A stretch of DNA of 64,000 nucleotides from an uncultured archaeon (GTDB taxonomy: Archaea > Thermoplasmatota > Thermoplasmata > Thermoplasmatales > Thermoplasmataceae), in the NCBI GenBank assembly GCA_000965745.1, contig CP009479.1, forward strand, positions 1 to 64,000, read 5' to 3'. Made by a program: the position numbers and the translations under genes. This document shows, piece by piece, positions 9,399 to 19,808 of this stretch. The notes beneath the pieces were generated by a model that searched no databases, was not told where the DNA came from, and was given only the letters and a program-made list of their open reading frames with translations. The number at the start of each line of letters is the position of its first letter. Position 1 is the stretch's first letter.

Positions 9399-10658
9399 CT
9401 ATTCGAATGATGCCTCCCTGTAGTTGATGCCAAGTTCTTCAGCGTAATTCCAGCTTTCATCCAGTTCGCTCTGGTATGGCTTTCTGGCTATATCCTGTGC
9501 ACGCCTGTTGAAATCCCTGGAGGTCGGGTCTGCAAAAGCTTCCGGCCTGTATTGTGCCATAATATTCACCGGAACGTCGTTCATGTTGTCGGATATCCAT
9601 TTCAGCACAGGTTTTGTGCAGCACTCCACGTGGTTTGGCATTATCAGATGCCTGATCATTACATCTTCATTCCATTGATTCAGCTTCTTCAGGTTGGACG
9701 TGACTGTTTCGTAATACCAGGGAGTTCTGGAAAGCCTGACCGCACATCCCCCGGGCCCGAACTTGAAATCCGGAAGCCATATGTCAACAAGTGGCCGGAG
9801 TATTTCCATTGCCTCTAAGGAAAGGAACATATTTGTGTTGAAGAGTATTGGAACATTGAAAAATCCATCATGTTCGGAGAATTCCTTTCTGTAAGGGTAG
9901 GGAAAATGGTCTTGCTTGACAACCATTATGCCGGAACTGATAAAGGGAGACTCCGCCTTCGATCCCTCGTTTCCCATATGCCATATTGAGTCCACGATGG
10001 AATGCAGGTGAATGCTTGGTTCACCGCCGACATAATTTATATTGTGGCATCCCTCGTTTCTCAGCTGCATTGCCATGTCTGCGATATCTTTTCCAGATAC
10101 GGGAACCCCATTGAACCTGTCTCTTGAAATGTCAGAATTCTGGCAGAAGAGGCACCTCATGTTGCATGAAGTGAAGAAGATGGTGCCTGAACCGTGAGTG
10201 CCCCTGAATACCAGCTCCTCCCCGGTATGGTGAAAGAATGAGCTCACCCTGCTCTCGTCAGTGAGCATGCAGGCGCCGAGCCTTTTGCCTTCGACACGGT
10301 CAACTTTGCATCTCCAACGGCAAAAGATGCAACTTCTGAGCATATTTGATGTTATGTCCCTTGCAAGGTCAAGAAGGCTGTATTCAGGAACAGGCAATTC
10401 ACTTAATTTCTGTCCCTGCAGAACCGATTTCTTGAGCCTCTTGAATGACCTGGCAGACTTCCGGTATATTTCCATGTGCTTCCCTACATCAGTATCTGCA
10501 AAGGCCCGTGAATTTCCGGCATCGGTGTATCTTGCGATAAGGTATTTCGCAGGAAACCGGTTTAGGGAGACTCCCTTGTACCAGTCCAGCCTTCTGCCTA
10601 TCCGGTCCCAAATCGAAAGGTCACCGAAGCGCTCATAGACCTGCATATGCAGTACCAT
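9399..10658 (-). CDS. PflX-like radical SAM protein
   Basis: CIFCRWRC, GSGTIFFTSCNMRCLFCQN (CxxxCxxC), GGEP, LPDFKFG, IRHLIMP. Confidence 0.88.
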   Translation of the reverse strand: MVLHMQVYERFGDLSIWDRIGRRLDWYKGVSLNRFPAKYLIARYTDAGNSRAFADTDVGKHMEIYRKSARSFKRLKKSVLQGQKLSELPVPEYSLLDLARDITSNMLRSCIFCRWRCKVDRVEGKRLGACMLTDESRVSSFFHHTGEELVFRGTHGSGTIFFTSCNMRCLFCQNSDISRDRFNGVPVSGKDIADMAMQLRNEGCHNINYVGGEPSIHLHSIVDSIWHMGNEGSKAESPFISSGIMVVKQDHFPYPYRKEFSEHDGFFNVPILFNTNMFLSLEAMEILRPLVDIWLPDFKFGPGGCAVRLSRTPWYYETVTSNLKKLNQWNEDVMIRHLIMPNHVECCTKPVLKWISDNMNDVPVNIMAQYRPEAFADPTSRDFNRRAQDIARKPYQSELDESWNYAEELGINYREASFE

Positions 10659-10766
10659 TCACAAATCAGTATTTAAGCGTTAAAGACCCTGTTGAAAATC
10701 TGGCGCCCTTTGGAGTGAGACCCGTGTCCCAAAATATTGCTATACAAGTGTGCTTTATGAATACCT

Positions 10767-11129
10767 ATGGATATGGCAGAAAAAATAAAACAAACCCTTG
10801 AAAAATGGCTCGAAACTGGAGAAGTGGATGTAAGAGATTTTTTTGAGGCCGCAGACACCCATTGGGAATCATTTATCAGTTCTGAATTTTCTGCGATTGA
10901 GGAGGAGATAAAAACAGATCCCGAAAAAGCCTACAGCCACCTGGTATCCCTTTCTGATTTCACCGGGCACGCAGCGCAGAAGAAACCAAGAATCATAAGG
11001 GTATTGACCGGATTCATAAGGAAGTTTATCGACATAATGCATAAACTTAAAACGGTTCTGGGTGCACAGAGCTTCTCCGTTTCAGTTTCGCTCCCTTTCT
11101 ACCTTTCACTGAGCCTGACCTTTTCATGA
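10767..11129 (+). CDS. Hypothetical protein
   Basis: 120-aa ORF with ATG start, divergent from the radical SAM gene. Confidence 0.6.
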   Translation: MDMAEKIKQTLEKWLETGEVDVRDFFEAADTHWESFISSEFSAIEEEIKTDPEKAYSHLVSLSDFTGHAAQKKPRIIRVLTGFIRKFIDIMHKLKTVLGAQSFSVSVSLPFYLSLSLTFS

Positions 11130-11254
11130 TCAGTGGTGTGGTTTCGTGAAGAAAAGATTTGGCGGGAAAGATTCTTTATTGAATAGGAGTGCCTAAAAAT
11201 ACGTGTTAAGGCACTTCTGGGAACTTATTTATAGATTCCAATCATTCAAACAGG

Positions 11255-12589
11255 ATGGACAACACTGTTCAGAAAATTTATGATTTTTCAACTGAAGTGG
11301 ACAGACAGGGATTTTCTTCCGAAGTTACAAACGAAATAAAGAAGAGGATTGCAGACTCCATATTCACATCATACGGAGCAAAGGATTCGGTGCCAATCAA
11401 CATCATGAGAAAGGCTCTCCTTCCATCAGGCTCAAAAAGAAATTCAACTGTATACTTCACCCGGCAGACTGCTTCTCCGGAAATTGCCACCTTTATAAAC
11501 GGAAGCATGACGAGGTATCTTGACTACAATGACACATATCTCTCAAAGGAAGCACTGCACCCTTCCGACAATGTTCCTCCGGTAATGGCACTATCTGAAA
11601 GCTTCGACATCGACGGGAAGAGATCAATAAACGCAATAGGGGTGGCGTACCAGGTAGTATGCTCCCTCGCTGATGCCGTATCAATAAGAGACCTTGGCTG
11701 GGACCATGTGACTTACATATCAATATCAGCTGCATCGGGCCTGGCCCATCTTCTGGATCTGGACCCGGTCAAGTTTGAGAATGCAGTAAGCCTCGGGATA
11801 AACAACAATATAAGCATGAGGCAGACAAGAGCGGGCGAGTTGAGCATGTGGAAAGGATGCACGGCCGCAAACGCTTCCAGGAACAGCGTTTTCGCCACAT
11901 TACTGGCAAATGACGGCTTTACAGGACCCTACCCGGTCTTTGAAGGGGAGATGGGATTTTTCAAGCAGGTATCAGGAGAGTTCAACCTCGACCTGAAAGC
12001 TGACAGGATAAAGAAGACCATGATAAAGAACTATCCTGTGGAATACCACGCCATGAGCGCGGCTGAGGCTGCTTCCAATATCAGAAACAGGATGAAGGGA
12101 GATATAAAGAAAATCGAGGTTGAGACCTTCACCGTTGCCCACACGATAATAATAAAGGACCCTGAAAAGCTCAGGCCAAAGACCAAGGAAACAGCAGACC
12201 ACAGCATGCCGTTCATAATCGCCTACACGCTTGCATACGGTGACCCTGTGCCGGATTCCTACAGTGACAAGTACCTGAAAGACGGAAGAATACTGGACCT
12301 CATAGACAGGTCCACCTTCAGGGTCACAGAGAAATTTGATTCCATGTACCCTGAGTTCCTTCCGGTGAAGATAAAAGTTACAACAGACGCAGGAGAGTAT
12401 GAGGAAGAGATAGACATACCGAAAGGGCACCACAAGAGCCCCTACTCCTGGGATGACCTGAGGAAGAAAGGGGCGAGGGTTGCAGGCGATGATTTCGCAA
12501 AGAACGTTGTCGATCTTGTGAGCAGTTTCGAGAAAAGAAGTGCCAGGGAACTTCTTGAGGTGATTTCCGATGTCGATACTGAGAGATAA
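11255..12589 (+). CDS. prpD: 2-methylcitrate dehydratase (MmgE/PrpD)
   Basis: RYLDYNDT, HPSDN, LSMWKG, ETADHSMP. Confidence 0.93.
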   Translation: MDNTVQKIYDFSTEVDRQGFSSEVTNEIKKRIADSIFTSYGAKDSVPINIMRKALLPSGSKRNSTVYFTRQTASPEIATFINGSMTRYLDYNDTYLSKEALHPSDNVPPVMALSESFDIDGKRSINAIGVAYQVVCSLADAVSIRDLGWDHVTYISISAASGLAHLLDLDPVKFENAVSLGINNNISMRQTRAGELSMWKGCTAANASRNSVFATLLANDGFTGPYPVFEGEMGFFKQVSGEFNLDLKADRIKKTMIKNYPVEYHAMSAAEAASNIRNRMKGDIKKIEVETFTVAHTIIIKDPEKLRPKTKETADHSMPFIIAYTLAYGDPVPDSYSDKYLKDGRILDLIDRSTFRVTEKFDSMYPEFLPVKIKVTTDAGEYEEEIDIPKGHHKSPYSWDDLRKKGARVAGDDFAKNVVDLVSSFEKRSARELLEVISDVDTER

Positions 12590-13469
12590 TTCCAACGGTG
12601 GCCCTGATGAGTTGAGGAGGCTTATTTCAAAGGGGGCTGTAGTTGCGCCGGGCGCCTATAATGGAGTGTCGGCGCTGATCGCCCAGCAGGCGGGCTTCGA
12701 AGCGCTGTACATGTCAGGATCCGGAGTGGCAGGCAACATGGGGCTGCCCGACCTCTCGATGACCACGCTTACTGAAGTAGTCGAGGATGCAAGGAGAATC
12801 GTCTCCGTTTCCAGGCTGCCGCTTATTGTTGATGCAGATACAGGGTTCGGGGAGACAATGAATGTTGTACGGACCACACGAATGATGGAGGATGCTGGGG
12901 TAGCCGCCATACACCTCGAGGATCAGGTCCTCCCGAAAAGATGCGGCCATCTCTCGGGCAAGAAAGTTGTACCGTTGGATGAAATGGTGAAAAAGATAAG
13001 GGCAGCTGTATCGGCAAGAAGGAACGAGAACTTCATGATCATTGCCAGAACCGATGCAAGAGCCGTGGAAGGAGTGAAAGAAGCTATTGAACGGTCAAAG
13101 GAATATGTCGAGGCCGGTGCAGACGCAATCTTTACAGAAGCGCTCGAGTCGAGGGATGAGTTCAGGGAGTTTGCCCGTGAACTGGATGTCCCTCTCCTGG
13201 CCAACATGACCGAGTTCGGGAAAAGCCCACTCCTCAGTGTTGATGAACTTGAGGAAATAGGATACAGGATCGTGATCTTTCCGCTCACGGGGTTCAGGGT
13301 CAGCCTTAAGGCGGTCAAAGACTCGTATATCCAGCTGAAGAGAGATGGAACACAGAACAACTTCCTTGACAGGCTTATGACCAGGAAAGACTATTATGAC
13401 CTGATAGGTTATAATGAATACGAGAAGGAGGATAACGAGATTTTCAATTACAAGGGTGTGAAAAAATGA
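12570..13469 (+). CDS. prpB: 2-methylisocitrate lyase
   Basis: DADTGFG, KRCGH, IARTDA, NMTEFGKSP. Confidence 0.95.
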   Translation: MSILRDNSNGGPDELRRLISKGAVVAPGAYNGVSALIAQQAGFEALYMSGSGVAGNMGLPDLSMTTLTEVVEDARRIVSVSRLPLIVDADTGFGETMNVVRTTRMMEDAGVAAIHLEDQVLPKRCGHLSGKKVVPLDEMVKKIRAAVSARRNENFMIIARTDARAVEGVKEAIERSKEYVEAGADAIFTEALESRDEFREFARELDVPLLANMTEFGKSPLLSVDELEEIGYRIVIFPLTGFRVSLKAVKDSYIQLKRDGTQNNFLDRLMTRKDYYDLIGYNEYEKEDNEIFNYKGVKK

Positions 13470-14530
13470 GCGAAATTGAGGTGCCCAAAGGGCTTAACGG
13501 TGTTGTAGTTGATGAGACCGCAGTAGCGACAACTGATGATTCGGGAAATCTCCTATACAGGGGATACAGGGCAGTGGAACTCGCTGAGAGAGTTGATGCT
13601 GCGGATGTGGCCTACCTGATAGTAAACGACAGGCTTCCTTCCGACTCAGAAAGAAAGGAATTTGCGCATAAGTTGAAGGAACATTCAGGGATGGATGGAA
13701 AAGTCTCAGAGGTAATGAAACTCCTGAAGGAGAAAGACGTAATGAGGAACCTCAGGTCAATTGTTTCCCTTTACCCGTATGAATCGAAGGATGACAGCGA
13801 CCTGCTTCTGGAAATAGCTGCGAGATTCCCGAGAATTATTTCGGACACGTTCAGGATTTCCCGGGGCCAGGAACCGCTGGAAGATGTGGACGCATCTTTT
13901 TCTGAAAGGCTCTATTACCTTTTTACCGGAAAGAAGGACGCGGAAAAGGCCAGGTATCTCAACAAACTGCTTATCCTGTACATGGAACACGAGTTTAATG
14001 CTTCAACCTTCGCACTCCGTGTAACTGCATCCACTCTCGCGGACCCGGTTTCCAGCATCGTAAGCGCTCTCGCCACGCTGAAGGGACCACTGCATGGGGG
14101 CGCAAATGCCGAGATACTTGATTTTTTCCTTGGGTTCAAGGACGAGGAGGAGGCACGAAACTATGTCGATGAAAAAGTTGCCAGCAAGGAGAAGATAATG
14201 GGTTTTGGCCACAGAGTCTACAAGACAAGGGATCCAAGGGCGCAGTTTGTGAAGGAAGAGATAAGAAAGATGGACAAGGAAGCCCACATATTCAAGATTG
14301 CAGAGGCCATTGAAAACAGGATGTGGGAGAAGAAGAAAGTCCCGGCCAATCTCGACTTCTACGCTGCGATATACATGCACATGCTCGGAATTGACCAGAA
14401 TCTGTACACACCGCTTTTTGCGTCTTCAAGAGTATACGGCTGGATCGCCCACTACAACGAGCAGCTAGAAGGAAACAAGATTATCAGGCCCTCGTCAAGA
14501 TACGTGGGCAAGACTGGAAGAGAACTGTGA
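13466..14530 (+). CDS. prpC: 2-methylcitrate/citrate synthase
   Basis: EHEFNASTF, LKGPLHGGAN, MGFGHRVYK, NLDFY; in operon with prpDB. Confidence 0.88.
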   Translation: MSEIEVPKGLNGVVVDETAVATTDDSGNLLYRGYRAVELAERVDAADVAYLIVNDRLPSDSERKEFAHKLKEHSGMDGKVSEVMKLLKEKDVMRNLRSIVSLYPYESKDDSDLLLEIAARFPRIISDTFRISRGQEPLEDVDASFSERLYYLFTGKKDAEKARYLNKLLILYMEHEFNASTFALRVTASTLADPVSSIVSALATLKGPLHGGANAEILDFFLGFKDEEEARNYVDEKVASKEKIMGFGHRVYKTRDPRAQFVKEEIRKMDKEAHIFKIAEAIENRMWEKKKVPANLDFYAAIYMHMLGIDQNLYTPLFASSRVYGWIAHYNEQLEGNKIIRPSSRYVGKTGREL

Positions 14531-14533
14531 TCA

Positions 14534-14896
14534 TTAGATCACTTTAACTTCTATTTTCCTGCCCGACCGGTCGTAAGCTGAGAAGTTTTCAAGCATATAG
14601 GGGAATCCCACAATTATGTGGACAGGGCCGCTGTTTGAAAACATGTTCAGGTCAGCATCAGATGGTTCTGTCACGCCGGAAGGGTGGGAATGCACGGAGC
14701 CCACAAGGCTGAAATCTATAGGCTTGTTGTAGAGCATGAAAATTGTGTGATGATCGCCCTGCACTGTCCCTGGAAGAAGTGCTATCTCATAAATCAGGTG
14801 ATCTTCCGCCCTGAGCAGCGCCCCAAACTCGTTCGGGTATGAGTCCATGGATGCCTCCAGTATCATGCGGAGAGTCCTTTTTCTAATTGACCACAT
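14534..14896 (-). CDS. JAMM/MPN+ metalloprotease
   Basis: PNE...HSHPSG..PSDADL JAMM motif. Confidence 0.9.
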   Translation of the reverse strand: MWSIRKRTLRMILEASMDSYPNEFGALLRAEDHLIYEIALLPGTVQGDHHTIFMLYNKPIDFSLVGSVHSHPSGVTEPSDADLNMFSNSGPVHIIVGFPYMLENFSAYDRSGRKIEVKVI

Positions 14897-15698
14897 TCCT
14901 CAACAGTTTTCTCCTCATTCTTTCGTAGAATGAGCCAAGGGTGACGAACCTCGCTTTCTTTTCAGAAACGCGGACCCTTATATCGTCGTCCGGAGAGACC
15001 GGGTACTCAGTGTGCCCGTCGAATATCAGGATGCAGTCCTGGTTCTTGCCCCTGAGATTGATTGTAATCTCCTCGTCCTCTGATACCACCAATGGCCTTA
15101 TCTTAACATTGAACGGAGCTATATAAGATACGACCATTGCGTTGATCTTTGGCGACAATATAGGGCCGCCGGTGCTGTAGGCGTAGGAAGTCGATCCTAT
15201 GGGTGTAGCAACGATGACGCCATCCGCAGCAATGTTGTCGATGAAGGTGCTGTTCACGTACAGGCCGAATTTCCTGATCTTTGATACCCTGTTTGTATGT
15301 ATCACGACTTCATTGGTGCAGTGCTGGATCTCCTCCCCGTTAACGATTACCTTGATCCTTTCAGACTCTTCGATTCTGTATTCTCCGCGGACGAGCTTGT
15401 ATATCGATTTCTCCACTTCACCTATCTCAACCTCACTCAGGAATCCAAGCTTGCCCATGTTCACTCCTAGAACAGGGACGTCGCATTTGTTTATCGTCCT
15501 CAGGACTGTTCCGTCTCCGCCGACTGTTATGATTATATCTGCTGTCATTTTCTCAAGCGGGTCATGCCTGACATCAAGGAATTTTGCTGTCTCTTCGTCG
15601 TAAACTGTCACCCAGTCTGAAGGAAGCATCTCCTCTATCTTCCTTACCACCAGTGCACATCTTTTGCAGTCCTTCTTAATCACAAATCCTACTTTCAT
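14883..15698 (-). CDS. nadK: NAD kinase
   Basis: GGDGT, GKLGFL, NE, DGVIVATPIGSTSY. Confidence 0.93.
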   Translation of the reverse strand: MKVGFVIKKDCKRCALVVRKIEEMLPSDWVTVYDEETAKFLDVRHDPLEKMTADIIITVGGDGTVLRTINKCDVPVLGVNMGKLGFLSEVEIGEVEKSIYKLVRGEYRIEESERIKVIVNGEEIQHCTNEVVIHTNRVSKIRKFGLYVNSTFIDNIAADGVIVATPIGSTSYAYSTGGPILSPKINAMVVSYIAPFNVKIRPLVVSEDEEITINLRGKNQDCILIFDGHTEYPVSPDDDIRVRVSEKKARFVTLGSFYERMRRKLLRNVVN

Positions 15699-16465
15699 AT
15701 TATTCCGTCCAGTATTTCCCTGCTGCTGGCAGCTATCAGGTTGAATCTTCCCCTGACATCATTGGGAGCATTGAAATGCTCCCCCTTTTCATTTGTAACT
15801 ATGCCACCGGCCTCTCTTACCATGATAGTGCCGGCAGCAACATCCACACTCCTGAGCTTTGAATGCTGCCCGGTGTAAGCTAGTATATCAGTTGCTCCAT
15901 ACGCTACCAGGCACATTTCAAGGGAGGCGCACCCAAGTATCCTCGTTCTCCTGGCATTCCTGATCATGTTTTCGGAAATGCGGTCAATCCCCTTTGTAAG
16001 GTTCAGCCCGTACACGTTCTTGGGTCTTGAGCATACTGATATCTTCCTGCCATTGAGGAATGCGCCTTTGCCCTTCTCTGCTATGAAAACATCGCCGTTG
16101 CCCAGGTTCATTACGAATCCGCGGGAAACTGAGTCTGTGTCTTCCTTCCCAATAGCTATAGAGACGGAATAGAACGGGATCCCGTTAATCGCGTTATAAG
16201 TGCCGTCCACGGGGTCCACAATGAGGTTCTCGCCATATCCGCGATCGACAAGCCCGATTTCCTCGCTTATGATGTTGTAAGGAAGATCTCCTGATTTCAC
16301 CTGTTCCATGAGAATGTCTTCCGCGATCTTGTCTATGAAATGCGTGTTAGTTCCGTCCGCACCCATTCCGGTGATCCTGGAGCGGTCCTCTTTGAGATTC
16401 AGCGATTTGACTGAATCTATTATGCTTCTCCCTATATCTTCAAATATTCTGAATACTGGGTCCAA
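15695..16465 (-). CDS. Bifunctional FBPase/inositol monophosphatase
   Basis: GMGADG, ISEE, VDPVDGT, DVAAG. Confidence 0.9.
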   Translation of the reverse strand: MDPVFRIFEDIGRSIIDSVKSLNLKEDRSRITGMGADGTNTHFIDKIAEDILMEQVKSGDLPYNIISEEIGLVDRGYGENLIVDPVDGTYNAINGIPFYSVSIAIGKEDTDSVSRGFVMNLGNGDVFIAEKGKGAFLNGRKISVCSRPKNVYGLNLTKGIDRISENMIRNARRTRILGCASLEMCLVAYGATDILAYTGQHSKLRSVDVAAGTIMVREAGGIVTNEKGEHFNAPNDVRGRFNLIAASSREILDGII

Positions 16466-16537
16466 TGTGTCCAGTATTTTAGAAGCGTATTTAACTATAA
16501 GTATGGAAAGAACAGAATAAAAAATGTGTTGTTGAGT

Positions 16538-17359
16538 CTAGTCTGTGGAAACTACGCTGTCCAGGAGCGTGTTAATTCTCTGGGGGATCCTCTTGAGTGC
16601 GTAATCCAGTACTTCGAGCGCGTTGAGTGAGCCGTCGGTCTCGAATTTAAAAACAAACCTGGTGTCGTCCTCCACAATCCTGACACCTTTTGCCTCAAAG
16701 AGCTGTACGATTTGCCTGTGAGGGACATCATCCGTGAATGTTATTGATTTCTTGTCTTCCTTCAGCACTGCATCAGGGCAGCTGTTCTTTATGAGCTCCC
16801 ACTGTTCAAATATTTCCTTGTCTACAGTGAATTCCCTATGATACTTGTATGACACTCCTGATGTGGCCTGCCATTTCGCGTGTTCTTTTGCCCTTCCCAG
16901 TATTGCTTCTGCACTGACAAGCATGGCCTGCTTCTCACTAAGTTTCACAATTGGTATGTTGGGATCAGACGCTACCAGGTCAGGATTATCCACTGCCTGG
17001 AGATCGGATGAAAGCACTTCACTAGGGCCGAGTTTGTTTATGGAGTATGTTACAGTGCAAAGGGGGCAGCCTTTTCCTTCACAGGAGCATTCGTCTCTGA
17101 AGTTCATCTTGAGGTCTGTCTTAAACGGTATGAGCCCGAGCCTGTGCGCTACAACTTCATCAAAAAGCGGGAGTGAGGAGTCGTAAACATTGCCCTCAGT
17201 GTCCCTTATCTGCCCGTGGTGGAACTGCACATTCTCAATTGCGAGTTTCGGGATATCGTTGACCAGGGTTCTTCTCAAAGCGTTTGCTATGGATGGGCTG
17301 ATCCCGTCAACTGAAAAACGTATAAATCTTTCAGAGGATTCTATTATTTTCAGAGGCAT
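16538..17359 (-). CDS. rpoD: RNA polymerase subunit D (Rpo3)
   Basis: [31 protein letters not shown]. Confidence 0.96.
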   Translation of the reverse strand: MPLKIIESSERFIRFSVDGISPSIANALRRTLVNDIPKLAIENVQFHHGQIRDTEGNVYDSSLPLFDEVVAHRLGLIPFKTDLKMNFRDECSCEGKGCPLCTVTYSINKLGPSEVLSSDLQAVDNPDLVASDPNIPIVKLSEKQAMLVSAEAILGRAKEHAKWQATSGVSYKYHREFTVDKEIFEQWELIKNSCPDAVLKEDKKSITFTDDVPHRQIVQLFEAKGVRIVEDDTRFVFKFETDGSLNALEVLDYALKRIPQRINTLLDSVVSTD

Positions 17360-17742
17360 TATACCCTCCGTCCTCTCCTTCCACCCTTCTTCTTTGTTCC
17401 ATCATGCGGGATGGGTGTTACTTCTTCTATTCTGACTATCTTGAATCCTGCTCTTGACAGAGCCCTGATGGCTGACTGAGCACCTGGGCCGGGTATCTTT
17501 GACCTGTTTCCTCCGGGGGCCCTGACCTTTATGATAAGGTCTGTTACTTCTCTTTCCCTGAGTTTCTCAGCGATAAGATCTGCAGCCTTCATTGCTGCGT
17601 ACGGGCTTGATTCGTCCCTGTCATTCTTGACTACCATTCCACCTGTTGCCTTGGCTATTGTCTCAGCGCCTGTTGGATCTGTAACCAGGATCATGGTGTT
17701 GTTCTGGGACGCATAAATATGTGCTATACCTGTTCTGTTCAT
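17359..17742 (-). CDS. rps11: 30S ribosomal protein S11
   Basis: [32 protein letters not shown]. Confidence 0.97.
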   Translation of the reverse strand: MNRTGIAHIYASQNNTMILVTDPTGAETIAKATGGMVVKNDRDESSPYAAMKAADLIAEKLREREVTDLIIKVRAPGGNRSKIPGPGAQSAIRALSRAGFKIVRIEEVTPIPHDGTKKKGGRRGRRV

Positions 17743-18350
17743 CGTCGTCTACCTTCCCTTCCTTTCTGCTCTGCTGCTGCCTGCTCTGCTCCTTCTTCAG
17801 GTTCCTCTTCAGCCTGTTTTTCACCGAGAATCACCTGTCTTATGGGGTGCAATTCATCCTGAAGGGGTGAGGCTGAATCATAAACAATGCTGTCCTCATG
17901 CTTTGCTTCTACAAGCAAGCTTGGAATTGTAGTTCTCCTGCCGTCCAGAGACACATGCCCATGTGTTATAAGCTGCCTGGCCTGCTTCTGTGTTGTTGCC
18001 AGGTTCTTTCTGAACACCACTGTCTGTAACCTTCTTTCCAGAACATCCTCAATAGTCAGGGAAAGTACATCATCAAGTGTTGCATTTTCTCCGAGCATGT
18101 TGTAGCGGCTCAGTCTCTTTATCATGTTCTGATACTGGACAGTAGCATTAGGGTCATTGTATCTGAGACGAGCCTGCAGGTCCCTTGCCTGCGTCCTGAA
18201 TGAATCTAAGACGGCTTGTCCCTTCCACAGCTCCCTTTTATTTTTCAACCCGTATTTTCTTACTATTTCTTTTTCAGCATCAATTCTGCCTTTTTCCCAC
18301 GGATGTCGCGGAGTAGAATATTTCTTGTGTGGAAAGCTCTGATCGCCCAT
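17739..18350 (-). CDS. rps4: 30S ribosomal protein S4
   Basis: [33 protein letters not shown]. Confidence 0.97.
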   Translation of the reverse strand: MGDQSFPHKKYSTPRHPWEKGRIDAEKEIVRKYGLKNKRELWKGQAVLDSFRTQARDLQARLRYNDPNATVQYQNMIKRLSRYNMLGENATLDDVLSLTIEDVLERRLQTVVFRKNLATTQKQARQLITHGHVSLDGRRTTIPSLLVEAKHEDSIVYDSASPLQDELHPIRQVILGEKQAEEEPEEGAEQAAAEQKGREGRRR

Positions 18351-18367
18351 TATTTCACCTCGATTGT

Positions 18368-18880
18368 TTACCTACCTTCTCTCTTTCTTACTACGCCAAC
18401 TGAAAGCCCATGCCTTCCGTTGGACCTGGTCCTCTGGCCCCTTACTTTCTGGCCCTTTTCATGCCTTATTCCCCTGTAGGAGCGCATTTTCTTCATGAAG
18501 TTGACATCGTCCTGGATCTGCATGTCAAGCTCGTTGCTCACGAGATTGTAATCCTCACCTGTGAACACGTCGTTTCTGTGGTTGAGCAACCACACGGGGA
18601 GGTCCTCGAATTCCCTTGATTCCACATAATTCTTCAAGGTTTCTATCTGTTCCTCAGACAGGTCCCCAAGCCTCTTGTCTTTTGGAAGATTTAGTTCTCC
18701 AACAATGATTCCTGCAAGCCTGTTGCCTACACCCTTCAGGTCAGCCAGTGCAAGAGGAACTTTTCTTTCACCGCTGAGATCCTTGTTCGCAATACGAACA
18801 ATGTACAGGAAGTCCTTATCTTCGACTGCTTCCTGCGTATCTTCCTTCTTCTTTCCTGAACTCTTTTTCTTTTCTGCCAT
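18368..18880 (-). CDS. rps13: 30S ribosomal protein S13
   Basis: SYRGIRH..GQKVRGQRTRSNGR. Confidence 0.97.
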   Translation of the reverse strand: MAEKKKSSGKKKEDTQEAVEDKDFLYIVRIANKDLSGERKVPLALADLKGVGNRLAGIIVGELNLPKDKRLGDLSEEQIETLKNYVESREFEDLPVWLLNHRNDVFTGEDYNLVSNELDMQIQDDVNFMKKMRSYRGIRHEKGQKVRGQRTRSNGRHGLSVGVVRKREGR

Positions 18881-19061
18881 TAAATCATCCTGTGTACGTG
18901 ATATCCCCCTATTGCAACCTTATATTAAGATGCTTCCAAACGAAAGGTATGCTGCCTGTTTGCCCGTAGGCATTGCATGTGCAATGAAATCAGGGAGTCC
19001 TGAGTTATTTTTATAACATTATTAAACGTTTCTGAGTTGCAATTCACTGCAAACGGGAGTG

Positions 19062-19349
19062 TTACCTGTACAGGGTGAATAGCTTATGGTCGCCGGACGT
19101 GTCGAAAATTCCTAGCCTCGCACCCGAGTCTATCCATCCGTAAGAGTAATTCAGGGCTGCAAAAGCATTCAGCAGGTCGCCCTTTTCCAGAAAGTGCTTG
19201 GCGTCATTGAAGTAGCTGTTTATCATCTCAAGGCTGTCCCTGGCCAAACCTTCCAGGTAAGAATCCTCAGGCGCTATAACTTTTATTCTTGAAAGAGCCT
19301 TCTCTTCGATTTCCACGTACCTTCTAACTCTTTCCTCGAGTTCTTCCAT
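19062..19349 (-). CDS. DUF357 family protein
   Basis: YFNDAKHFLEKGD..NAFAALNYSYGWIDSG. Confidence 0.88.
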   Translation of the reverse strand: MEELEERVRRYVEIEEKALSRIKVIAPEDSYLEGLARDSLEMINSYFNDAKHFLEKGDLLNAFAALNYSYGWIDSGARLGIFDTSGDHKLFTLYR

Positions 19350-19392
19350 ATTGGGAGCAGGACAATTGCTGTTAAAATTCTATCGAATGCAA

Positions 19393-19719
19393 TTACCTGT
19401 ACTTGCTGTAATCGTAGATCAGGTCCAGCAGTTTCTTCTGAGTCTGTGAGTCGATCTTCCCTTCTTCATATTTTTCGCCTATGAAGGATTTGGCCTCCTT
19501 TGTTCCCTGTCTTGAAACTATGGCATAAACGCTGCCACGAATCGCCCCTTTTGTGCTTTCCGGGAGGTCTTCAACGGCTCTGCCGAGCATGTAATTGAAT
19601 TCGTCACTCTTCCTCATGTCGAGCCTTTTGGCCCTGCCTCTCTGTTTCTCTTCCCTTACGTTTCGCATCTGGTTCTTGATGCTGTTCTTACCTCTTGGTC
19701 CTCTTTTTCGCCTATTCAT
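19393..19719 (-). CDS. Small basic hypothetical protein
   Basis: 108-aa ORF with ATG and an upstream TATA-like element. Confidence 0.7.
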   Translation of the reverse strand: MNRRKRGPRGKNSIKNQMRNVREEKQRGRAKRLDMRKSDEFNYMLGRAVEDLPESTKGAIRGSVYAIVSRQGTKEAKSFIGEKYEEGKIDSQTQKKLLDLIYDYSKYR

Positions 19720-19808
19720 GTAGGATTTTAAGAGTATGAGAGGCTATTTATATCTTTTGATGCTGATTTTTTCAGGGTTCCCAAAAATTCGCGACGAGAG
19801 GTGGAGGT

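Noticed and set aside
11255-14530. Methylcitrate cycle operon as a novelty
   Set aside because: Well-known pathway, expected in heterotrophic Thermoplasmatales
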